This document shows, piece after piece, positions 12,701-24,700 of a DNA stretch of 64,000 bases. Position 1 is the first letter of the stretch, and every line of letters starts with the position of its first letter. Under the pieces are notes generated by a model. The model saw only the letters and a program-made list of their open reading frames with translations. It was not told where the DNA came from and made no database searches. The stretch is from NCBI GenBank assembly GCA_002269645.1, contig NIVC01001100.1, positions 186,001 to 250,000 of the forward strand. Reading direction: 5' to 3'. Both the position numbers and the translations under genes were made by a program. The stretch is from Macrostomum lignano. Lineage: Eukaryota.

Positions 12701-15700
12701 TTTTTTACATGACGCTTCTATGATTTTTACATGACGCTTCTATGATTTTTTACATGACGCTTCTATGATTTTTACATGACGCTTCTATGATTTTTACATG
12801 ACGCTTCTATGATTGTTTACATGACGCTTCTATGATTGTTTACATGACGCTTCTATGATTGTTTATATGACGCTTCTATGATTGTTTACATGACGCTTCT
12901 ATGATTTTTACATGACGCTTCTATGATTGTTTACATGACGCTTCTATGATTTTTTAAATGACGCTTCCATGATTGTTTACATGACGCTTCTATGATTTTT
13001 TACATAACGCTTTTTTATGATTGTTTACACGACGCTTCTATGATTGTTTACATGACGCATCTATGATTGTTTACATGACGCTTCTATGATTGTTTACATG
13101 ACGCTTCTATGATTTTTTTAAATGACGCTTCTATGATTGTTTATATGACGCTTCTATGATTTTTACATGACGCTTCTATGATTTTTACATGACGCTTCTA
13201 TGATTGTTTACATGACGCTTCTATGATCGTTTATATGACGCTTCTATGATTGTTTATATGAAGCTTTTATGATTTTTTACATGACGCTTCTATGACTTTT
13301 TAGATGACGCTTCTAGGATTGTTTACATGACGCTTCTATGATTTTTACATGACGCTTCTATGATTGTTTACATGACGCTTCTATGATTTTTACATGACGC
13401 TTCTATGATTGTTTACATGACGCTTCTATGATCGTTTATATGACGCTTTTATGATTGTTTATATGACGCTTTTATGATTTTTTACATGACGCTTCTATGA
13501 TTTTTACATGACGCTTCTATGATTTTTTACATGACACTTCTATGATTTTTACATGACGCTTCTATGATTGTTTACATGACGCTTCTATGATTGTTTACAT
13601 GACGCTTCTATGATTGTTTATATGACGCTTCTATGATTTTTTACATGACGCTTCTATGATTGTTTACATGACGCTTCTATGATTGTTTACATGACGCTTC
13701 TATGATTTTTTAAATGACGCTTCCATGATTGTTTACATGACGCTTCTATGATTTTTTACATAACGCTTTTTTATGATTGTTTACACGACGCTTCTATGAT
13801 TGTTTACATGACGCATCTATGATTGTTTACATGACGCTTCTATGATTGTTTACATGACGCTTCTATGATTTTTACATGACGCTTCTATGATTTTTTACAT
13901 GACGCTTCTATGATTGTCTACATATCGCTTCTATGATTGTCTACATGACGCTTCTATAATTGTTTACATGACGCTTCTATGATGTTTATATGACGCTTCT
14001 ATGATTTTTTACATGACGCTTCTATGATTTTTACATGACGCTTCTATAATTGTTTACATGACGCTTCTATGATGTTTATATGACGCTTCTATGATTTTTA
14101 CATGACGCTTCTATGATTTTTACATGACGCTTCTATGATTTTACATGACGCTTCTATGATTTTTTTAAATGACGCTTCCATGATTGTTTACATGACGCTT
14201 CTATGATTTTTACATGACGCTTCTATGATTTTTTACATGACGCTTTTATGATTTTTTACATGACGCTTCTATGACTTTTTAGATGACGCTTCATGATTGT
14301 TTACATGACGCTTCTATAATTTTATACATGACGCTTCTATAATTTTTACATGACGCTTCCATGATTTTTTAGTTTTCTTGGCGTTAAAAAACTTTAATTA
14401 AAAAAACTCTCTAAAAATTCGAACCATCGTCCCTGCATTTAGCAGTCAGTCTGTTTACCTCTAGGCTAGCTCTCATCGTTTTGATAACATCAAATTTTGC
14501 ACTTATATAACTCAACACTTTTAAATCCAAGCATAGAGTAAATCACACGAAGCAGTTATGACATAATCAGTTTCTCACTCAGTCAGTATCAGTTAACAAT
14601 ATGGTTACGCAATTTAAATCAAGTCTGGTGCTACGCTTCCACACTGCATTTTCAATTCAAGTCGGAGTTACAATTCAGTTATGATGCAATCTATTTCAGA
14701 ATCAGAATTCAACCAGTCAGTTTTTTCTCTAGCATTCTTACAATGCATTTCAAGTCGAAAAGTTTGCTTGACCTTTGCAAAAAAGCATGTTTTTCGAATA
14801 TTTAATCCCTTTAACATGGAGCAATTTCTTAGCCAAGATGCATGTACCGTCCCAGGAAAATTTCTGATCGAACAGTGCAAGTCTCATGAAAATCGGTTAA
14901 GCCATTTTTTCTCTAATCGATTACAAGCAAGCAAGCAAGCAAGATTTTCATTTTTAGTATATAGGATGTTATTTTTCATTCTGCGTACAACTGCTCGTGT
15001 CCTGTGCCTAAAAATCATAAAAATGGCACGGCTCGGCTCATTGGTTTTATTAATCTATTTTAGCATTCTTAGCTGACTGTGTAACAATATGTGTATCAGG
15101 GGTGATAAAATAGATTCATATACGACTCGTAACCAAAGATTCGATAACATAGAATCGTAATTTCCTAAAACTTCCTAAAACTCTTCCTAAAATCCTAAAA
15201 CTTCCTATCTTCGTAGTGTATTTTTTGACGAAAAGTGGCCTTCAAAACATTATCCATAGATTTCGAGTGTTGCGTCCTTCTACTCTAGTAGTCCTTTGAA
15301 CGAGTATGCTTGAGCAATGAGCAGCTATTAAATTTGAACCCAACACATATCAATAAGACATAAGTAGTTTTTACCGGCGACATTTTACATCGTGCCAGAT
15401 AAAAACTTTATATAGTAAATTAAAATGCATTTTTTTGTTTGAAGTTGGAGTTAGAAGAGCGTAAAATCTGGAATTGAGTGTAATAGTGTAAGCAGCAAGA
15501 ATCTGAACTTCTAGGTGTATATGCATCAAACCTCGAAAATATTTCCTCCCAGGAGCTGTCGGCCGAGGTCCACGGCACCTGGAGCTGGGTGAGCCAGCTG
15601 GCCGACCTGAACCGGCTCCACACCCGCAACGCCGGGGACTACCAGGCCTTCCATCACAGCGCCTACGAGCTCAACGCCATGCTGAACAGCCGAGCCAGCA

Positions 15701-18700
15701 GCAGCAGCTCCGCCATTGCCGCCATTCCCGCCAACGGGATGCTGGGCTCCATCAAGCGCATAAACACCGTGCTCACTGTAAGTAACCTCTTGTCAATTTC
15801 AGTACTCAAATCGCACACTTCAAAAGTAAAAGCCTCCTCGAACCTCTGCAGGACAACTTGGCCCAGTTCAACCGGCTGTGGCAGCTGTCAGTCGACCTGA
15901 CGCAGCGCAGCCGAGCTGTGGTGCCGCTGCACCTGCGTTTCAGCACTGACGCCATCCCGTTCGCGGGCAAGAACGTGTTCAAGTTCGATGACGGCGAGGT
16001 AAGTGCCAACTGTATTGCAGAGTGAATTGCATATTTGATGGCGCTCGCCCCATCATATTCGGACACCTACGAGTGGAAGTTGCGCCTGAAAACCTCTGCA
16101 CACTACTGACTGAGTAGTGAGGAGAGAAAATGAAGTATGAAATTTAGAATACCGATAAATGGCGATAATAAATATGAGTGTCTTAGAATGTGTGTACGGT
16201 TGTAACCCTGAATTTTAAGGGACCGCACTATGTTTGCTGGTGTAGTCCTGGCTGTAGGGACCGGTCCTATTGCTATCTTATTCTTCTGTCTCTCTCTTTG
16301 ACGATGGTACCAATCGTCTATGCTTCTAATCAAGTCGAATTAAGTCGAAGGTTCGGTAAGTTTCTCTCGATCTTCAACCCTCAACGCGGATGTTTATTTC
16401 TATTCCTGATGGTTGCAATTTCAATAGATAATGAGCATGCAAATGATTTAAGCAATTTAGTGGAATGAAAAAGGGCTACTTATCTATACTGGTGTTCTTC
16501 GATCTTGACGTCTCTAGATGGTCTCTAGATCTACTTATCTATACTGGTGTTCTTCGATCTTGACGTCTCTAGATGCTCTCTAGATCTACTTATCTATACT
16601 GGTGTTCTTCGATCTTGACGTCTCTAGATGGTCTCTAGATCTACTTATCTATACTGGTGTTCTTCGATCTTGACGTCTCTAGATGGTCTCTAGATCTACT
16701 TATATATACTGGTGTACTTCGATCTTGACGTCTCTAGATGGTCTCTTTGTTAGATCGGGATGGAGTCTCGGCTCGATTCAGATGAAGTTGTTTCCTTGTC
16801 GGTTTTTTTGAGTCTTTTAGTGACGTTGGATGAGAACTCTGGATGGAGGGCGGAGTAGGAGTAGAGGAGTAGCTGGAGCAAAAGGAGGAGCAAGAGAAGG
16901 CGGGAAAAAGGAGGCGGGAGCTTTATTTTCACTGAACGCTAGTATTAGTAGTATATATATGATTTCTATAACGCCATATATATATGGTGTTGGCTTCCCG
17001 CAATAGGATCTTTATTGCCGCAGAAGCATGCGCTGTACTTTCCAGATAGAAAAACTTTCAAGGTTCGCATTAGACTCAAAAATAGCATTGGGCATAACAT
17101 GTATAAATTAAGATCAATGCACTAATTTTTCTCCTATACATTAAAATCCAGGCCTTCTGAGCTGCGCATTTGCCAGTATTTAACTAAACATTTACACAAA
17201 AACTACTACCGTACCGTACCGACCTCTCCCCCCACAGACGGTCCTGGAGCCGGGAGAGCAGGTGACTGTCATCGACAACTCTCAGTCCTACAGGTGGACG
17301 GTGAGGCGCTCGGACGGAAGCGAGGTCGAAGTGCCCAGCACCTGCATCTGGCTGCCGCCGGCCGATCCGCAGGCAGTGGAGCTCGCTATCGGGTTTGTGG
17401 GGCTTTTGACAGAACTGGCATTTATCTCATTGTCTTTTTTATTTTGTCAAAGCCTCATGTTTATTTATTTATGAAAGTGGCTTATATAGTAAAATATAAA
17501 CATCACAAGTGACGATAAGGACAAACATCTCTGCACATTTTGCCACTCCCTGGCTCTTTGGGAATCGAATTTCTTCCGTTTACAGGCTGAGAAGAAAGCT
17601 TCTGAACACCTGGTCTCAGGTTCTGAACCAACTGCGTCAATGGAGTGCCGAGTTCTTTGATTCCTATCTGAGCCGCATGATCCAGAACCCAGTGGTGAGT
17701 AATATTACACTTTTTATACCTACGTGTAAAGTTTGCGGCCTCTTTTCATCGTTTTTTGAATACCAAAACACAGGTAGAAGTTGTTATCGGAATAAATCGT
17801 TTTTAAAGTTTAATTCTCAGCCAAATAGTTGAACTTCCTTCATCAGATGATCAGCTCAAAAATCAAAGACGGATCTCTCGCGTTCTTCGAGAGGTTGCGC
17901 CTGTCCAGCCGCACCTTCTTGGGCGTCAACGATCAGCAGGCAGAGCGCATTGACAGGTCCATTGGCAAGGTGCTTGACAGGATTACAATAACCGGTGCGT
18001 GTTGGATAAATTTGCTGGGTTTTGCTTTAAACATTGCAGCCAGTTCAGTTTAGACTTCTGTGATAGAGCTATGTTTTTCGGGATTTGAATTTTCCGTACA
18101 ACATTTCAAATTGATATTGTTTGTTTTAATTCACCAAAGCAGACATGCAGACCTTTGATACGATTTTTTAGATGGCCCGATGGACTATTTAGTTGAGAGC
18201 GAGCTAGTCGTCCTGCAGACGTGCCTGATGAAGCTGGAAGAGCACCTGAACCAGTGGCGCCATTGCTCAAGAGAAGCTTTCGAAGCCGAAAATCAGGAGC
18301 GAAGTCAGACTGACCTATCTAAGGAATCCTCGGAGGTCCTGGCACGCATTGAACTGCTTTCGTAAGTCTAATGGACTTAAAAAAATTTTCATGTATTTTA
18401 AACCTAATAAAATATTAGGTACTCAGGATTTTTTATTTAGGAATAGGAACATGTCGACCATGGTATGGCATGACTCGTCAGTTGTGTTGTACCCATGGAT
18501 GAAGGAATAGAAAGGATCGCTGATCTGAAAGCGAGTCTATGGCCAATGCAGTACTTCCTAAAAGTTGGGATATTCCCCTCATGAATTTCATTGGCTGCTG
18601 GAATTTAACAATAGACCCCCCTAAGTTCTTACTGGCTGAAGCTTGTACGCGAGGGAAATTCCAAAGTCACGATTAACGTTAGACATTAATAACTGCTTTT

Positions 18701-21700
18701 TTCCTCTGGGCCACGACGGCTTAAGGGATTTAGAACAAGAGAAAAAGTTATCTACGAGTAGTATGTTAGTGTTACAGCCTAGCATGCGCGTTAATCGTGA
18801 ATTCCCCCGCATACAAGCTTCAGCCATTAAGAACTTAGGGGGGACTATTATTCAATTCCGGCAGCCAATGAAATTAATTGGGGGGGAAATCCCAATTTTC
18901 AGGAAGTCTTGGCCATAGACTCGCTTTCAGATGAGCGATTCTTTCTATTCCTTCATCCATGGTTGTACCCCCCCCCGGGCTGCCTAGCTGGGAGACACCC
19001 AGGTCCCGCCTATTCCTGTCCCTAACGCTGCAAGAGTTCACAGCGGCCTCGAGCTGGCGAAAGTTCACCGGCCCGACCTCTGGGTTCACAGTAGTTCACA
19101 GTAAGTTCACAGTAAAACTTCCGGCTGGCAAAAGTTCTCTTGTCGGCCCCTGAACACTGCGAGAGTTCACAGTATAGCTCGATCCCCGCGCGGCACCCCG
19201 GAAGGAAATGAGACTCACACCTGCAGTTCGATCCAGCTCCAACAACATGCGGTATACCCCGAACTGAACGTTACGTGTGTGTATTGATATTAACTGCACT
19301 GCCGTCAGCGGGACAAGGGGGGGACGGGACGGGGCGGGGGGCGCGCATTAAATAGCAAGGCAAAAGGGGGAGGAGGTAGACAGACAGACAATAAGCAAGT
19401 ACAAACCACCCTGCGGCCAGCCAATCACAAGCCGCCAGCCGGGGGAGGGGTGGAGCAAATTGAGACGGCCCGCGCACGAGACCGGCCAGACTAGGGAGAG
19501 ACTTAAGCCCCCAAATCCCAGCCCGACCGGGGGGGGGAGAGAAAGAGAGAGAGAGAGAAAAGGGCCGGGAGGGTGAAGCCCTCGCAGACGCAGCACTGCA
19601 CAACAGTTATTAGCTTTTAACTGGTTTATCAAGCATAAAGCAATGCTTTCTGGAGAATTTCTTAGTCGTAAGGTCCAGTTAGTTTCATTGATAAGACAGA
19701 ACTTAATTACATAAATAGCTCGAGCACTAATCATGAATTATTTTGTAATGGCTATTGGAGGACTACTTTCATAAGAACCGCCACGGCAACCCGAATTCAA
19801 CGGGTATTCATACGCTCGTGCCGAAAATGCATAAAAATACTTGTAGAGAATCAAAGATTCTTTCGTGAAAGCCATCTCTGTACTTTAAAAGTAAGGATAG
19901 ATGAAACAGAGGCAAATTCTGCGATACTATGAAATAGAAGCACCTAAACGTGGCATGAATTTGTTGAACTTGCAGACAGCTGCAAAAGGAGTCACAGTCT
20001 CAGTTCCGTGACCTGCAGCGAAGCATTTCTAATTGGAGGCTTCAAGATGTGGCGTCGAAGTTCCAAGTCACCAAGGTAATTAATATTTAAACTGCATGCT
20101 GTAGCTTCATTGGCTTTATTCAAGTCAGCTAATCGGTATGTTTTACTTCGATCCCACAGATTTCGCGACAGCCGCTGTTCTACGACAAATCATCGCTTTC
20201 CGTAATGGACAGCGTCACAAGAGCGTCGGGGAAATCGGAAGAGAGACAGACAGCAGAGTGGCGGCTGATTGGAACAATCCAAGGGAGAGCAGAAGGAAAC
20301 TCAGCGGTGAATGTGACAGCAAGCGGTTGTCACGCATCTACAAATCAATATCACATTGGATTCAAATCTGCAGAAGAAGTAACAAGCTCGAGAGCTGCCG
20401 TATACAGGTCTGAAGAGAGACCAAAATCAGAAAGTAAAAAGATTCAAGTAGTTTCTAGCGGCTGTCATAAAGAAATTTTGCCAAGTAAAGAGCCAGACAC
20501 TTCGTCGCAGGACTTCCAAGCGTTGGTGCTGAAGTACGTTGAACAGCACAAGTCGGAATTCTTCGCCATATTTGCTACATGGAGCGACTTTCAAGCAGAA
20601 ATTCGTCGCTACGTACGCGAGCATGCTTGGGAGTTTTCTGATATCTTCTCCTGGAGCGGGTTCAGCGACCAAGTTCGAAAGCACGTTTTGGAGCACAAAG
20701 AGGAATTCATTGCGCTGCTTGGCCTAAACAAAGAAGTGAACGTAGAGCGACGCATTACACTTAAAAGGCCACCAGTGCAAGTGTCGCAAACTCAGTGCTG
20801 GAGAGAGATCAAAGAAAGTGAATCTGCTGTCAGTTTTGAACAAAGACAACAAAAACCTGCAATTTCAGTCACAGAAGCCTACAGAGAACAAGCCGATAAG
20901 AAGACTGAACTGAAGAGTGCAGGATGCTTCATAGAAAAAGTCTTCGTCAGTGCCAAAGTTCAGAAAACAACCCCAGAGCTAATAATATTTTCTCACGGGG
21001 CATTCAAAGAACGCACATTTTCTACCGCAAGCATCAAAGTCGAAAACAAGTCGAACACAACCGGAAGTGGGTGCTACTCAGAGTGGCAATTATCGGAAAA
21101 ATCGGTTTACTTCAAAGAGACTATAAAACAAAATGTAACTTCCTGCCATTCCGAAACACAGTATCAGGACTCTCGAGCCAAATTCGATATTTCAAGTCCA
21201 AAAATAAGCGCAAGCGGCTGTTTCAAGCAAATCACGCTCGAGCCGGCTTCCGTGACGTGCGATTGGAGGCCGAAATATGACAACTCCGGCTGCTACTACG
21301 AGACAAGTTACCAAGCCAGTAGCGCAAAGTTCATCTTACCGGCGCCAACGCTTACCGCAAGCGGCTGTTTCAAGCAAATCACGCTCGAGCCGGCTTCCGT
21401 GACGTGCGATTGGAGGCCGAAATATGACAACTCCGGCTGCTACTACGAGACAAGTTACCAAGCCAGTAGCGCAAAGTTCATCTTACCGGCGCCAACGCTT
21501 ACCGCAAGCGGCTGTTTCAAGCAAATCACGCTCGAGCCGGCTTCCGTGACGTGCGATTGGAGGCCGAAATATGACAACTCCGGCTGCTACTACGAGACAA
21601 GTTACCAAGCCAGTAGCGCAAAGTTCATCTTACCGGCGCCAACGCTTACTGCAAGCGGCTGTTTCAAGCAAATCACGCTCGAGCCGGCTTCCGTGACGTG

Positions 21701-24700
21701 CGATTGGAGCCGAAATATGACAACTCCGGCTGCTACTACGAGACAAGTTACCAAGCCAGTAGCGCAAAGTTCATCTTACCGGCGCCAACGCTTACCGCAA
21801 GCGGCTGTTTCAAGCAAATCACGCTCGAGCCGGCTTCCGTGACGTGCGATTGGAGGCCGAAATATGACAACTCCGGCTGCTACTACGAGACAAGTTACCA
21901 AGCCAGTAGCGCAAAGTTCATCTTACCGGCGCCAACGCTTACTGCAAGCGGCTGTTTCAAGCAAATCACGCTCGAGCCGGCTTCCGTGACGTGCGATTGG
22001 AGGCCGAAATATGACAACTCCGGCTGCTACTACGAGACAAGTTACCAAGCCAGTAGCGCAAAGTTCATCTTACCGGCGCCAACGCTTACCGCAAGCGGCT
22101 GTTTCAAGCAAATCACGCTCGAGCCGGCTTCCGTGACGTGCGATTGGAGGCCGAAATATGACAACTCCGGCTGCTACTACGAGACAAGTTACCAAGCCAG
22201 TAGCGCAAAGTTCATCTTACCGGCGCCAACGCTTACTGCAAGCGGCTGTTTCAAGCAAATCACGCTCGAGCCGGCTTCCGTGACGTGCGATTGGAGCCGA
22301 AATATGACAACTCCGGCTGCTACTACGAGACAAGTTACCAAGCCAGTAGCGCAAAGTTCATCTTACCGGCGCCAACGCTTACCGCAAGCGGCTGTTTCAA
22401 GCAAATCACGCTCGAGCCGGCTTCCGTGACGTGCGATTGGAGGCCGAAATATGACAACTCCGGCTGCTACTACGAGACAAGTTACCAAGCCAGTAGCGCA
22501 AAGTTCATCTTACCGGCGCCAACGCTTACCGCAAGCGGCTGTTTCAAGCAAATCACGCTCGAGCCGGCTTCCGTGACGTGCGATTGGAGGCCGAAATATG
22601 ACAACTCCGGCTGCTACTACGAGACAAGTTACCAAGCCAGTAGCGCAAAGTTCATCTTACCGGCGCCAACGCTTACCGCAAGCGGCTGTTTCAAGCAAAT
22701 CACGCTCGAGCCGGCTTCCGTGACGTGCGATTGGAGGCCGAAATATGACAACTCCGGCTGCTACTACGAGACAAGTTACCAAGCCAGTAGCGCAAAGTTC
22801 ATCTTACCGGCGCCAACGCTTACCGCAAGCGGCTGTTTCAAGCAAATCACGCTCGAGCCGGCTTCCGTGACGTGCGATTGGAGGCCGAAATATGACAACT
22901 CCGGCTGCTACTACGAGACAAGTTACCAAGCCAGTAGCGCAAAGTTCATCTTACCGGCGCCAACGCTTACCGCAAGCGGCTGTTTCAAGCAAATCACGCT
23001 CGAGCCGGCTTCCGTGACGTGCGATTGGAGCCGAAATATGACAACTCCGGCTGCTACTACGAGACAAGTTACCAAGCCAGTAGCGCAAAGTTCATCTTAC
23101 CGGCGCCAACGCTTACCGCAAGCGGCTGTTTCAAGCAAATCACGCTCGAGCCGGCTTCCGTGACGTGCGATTGGAGGCCGAAATATGACAACTCCGGCTG
23201 CTACTACGAGACAAGTTACCAAGCCAGTAGCGCAAAGTTCATCTTACCGGCGCCAACGCTTACCGCAAGCGGCTGTTTCAAGCAAATCACGCTCGAGCCG
23301 GCTTCCGTGACGTGCGATTGGAGGCCGAAATATGACAACTCCGGCTGCTACTACGAGACAAGTTACCAAGCCAGTAGCGCAAAGTTCATCTTACCGGCGC
23401 CAACGCTTACCGCAAGCGGCTGTTTCAAGCAAATCACGCTCGAGCCGGCTTCCGTGACGTGCGATTGGAGGCCGAAATATGACAACTCCGGCTGCTACTA
23501 CGAGACAAGTTACCAAGCCAGTAGCGCAAAGTTCATCTTACCGGCGCCAACGCTTACTGCAAGCGGCTGTTTCAAGCAAATCACGCTCGAGCCGGCTTCC
23601 GTGACGTGCGATTGGAGGCCGAAATATGACAACTCCGGCTGCTACTACGAGACAAGTTACCAAGCCAGTAGCGCAAAGTTCATCTTACCGGCGCCAACGC
23701 TTACCGCAAGCGGCTGTTTCAAGCAAATCACGCTCGAGCCGGCTTCCGTGACGTGCGATTGGAGGCCGAAATATGACAACTCCGGCTGCTACTACGAGAC
23801 AAGTTACCAAGCCAGTAGCGCAAAGTTCATCTTACCGGCGCCAACGCTTACTGCAAGCGGCTGTTTCAAGCAAATCACGCTCGAGCCGGCTTCCGTGACG
23901 TGCGATTGGAGGCCGAAATATGACAACTCCGGCTGCTACTACGAGACAAGTTACCAAGCCAGTAGCGCAAAGTTCATCTTACCGGCGCCAACGCTTACCG
24001 CAAGCGGCTGTTTCAAGCAAATCACGCTCGAGCCGGCTTCCGTGACGTGCGATTGGAGGCCGAAATATGACAACTCCGGCTGCTACTACGAGACAAGTTA
24101 CCAAGCCAGTAGCGCAAAGTTCATCTTACCGGCGCCAACGCTTACTGCAAGCGGCTGTTTCAAGCAAATCACGCTCGAGCCGGCTTCCGTGACGTGCGAT
24201 TGGAGGCCGAAATATGACAACTCCGGCTGCTACTACGAGACAAGTTACCAAGCCAGTAGCGCAAAGTTCATCTTACCGGCGCCAACGCTTACTGCAAGCG
24301 GCTGTTTCAAGCAAATCACGCTCGAGCCGGCTTCCGTGACGTGCGATTGGAGGCCGAAATATGACAACTCCGGCTGCTACTACGAGACAAGTTACCAAGC
24401 CAGTAGCGCAAAGTTCATCTTACCGGCGCCAACGCTTACTGCAAGCGGCTGTTTCAAGCAAATCACGCTCGAGCCGGCTTCCGTGACGTGCGATTGGAGG
24501 CCGAAATATGACAACTCCGGCTGCTACTACGAGACAAGTTACCAAGCCAGTAGCGCAAAGTTCATCTTACCGGCGCCAACGCTTACTGCAAGCGGCTGTT
24601 TCAAGCAAATCACGCTCGAGCCGGCTTCCGTGACGTGCGATTGGAGGCCGAAATATGACAACTCCGGCTGCTACTACGAGACAAGTTACCAAGCCAGTAG

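Larger units (their letters stand above)
8253..14966 (-). mobile_element. Non-autonomous Helitron B carrying a 22-23-bp satellite
   Basis: Minus strand starts TCCTATATACTAAAAATG (14966, preceded by A) and ends GCTCCCCAACGGGGGC hairpin + GTAGATTG + CTAG (8253), directly abutting the TC of Helitron A. Confidence 0.8.
4195..15300. mobile_element. Degenerate foldback MITE (same family as 61562-62263), split by an inserted Helitron pair
   Basis: 4215-4300 (GTTTTGAAGGCCACTTTT...CACTACGGAGATAGGAAG) is an inverted repeat of 15205-15280. Rejoining 4352 to 14967 recreates the sequence seen at 61778-61815. Confidence 0.75.
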
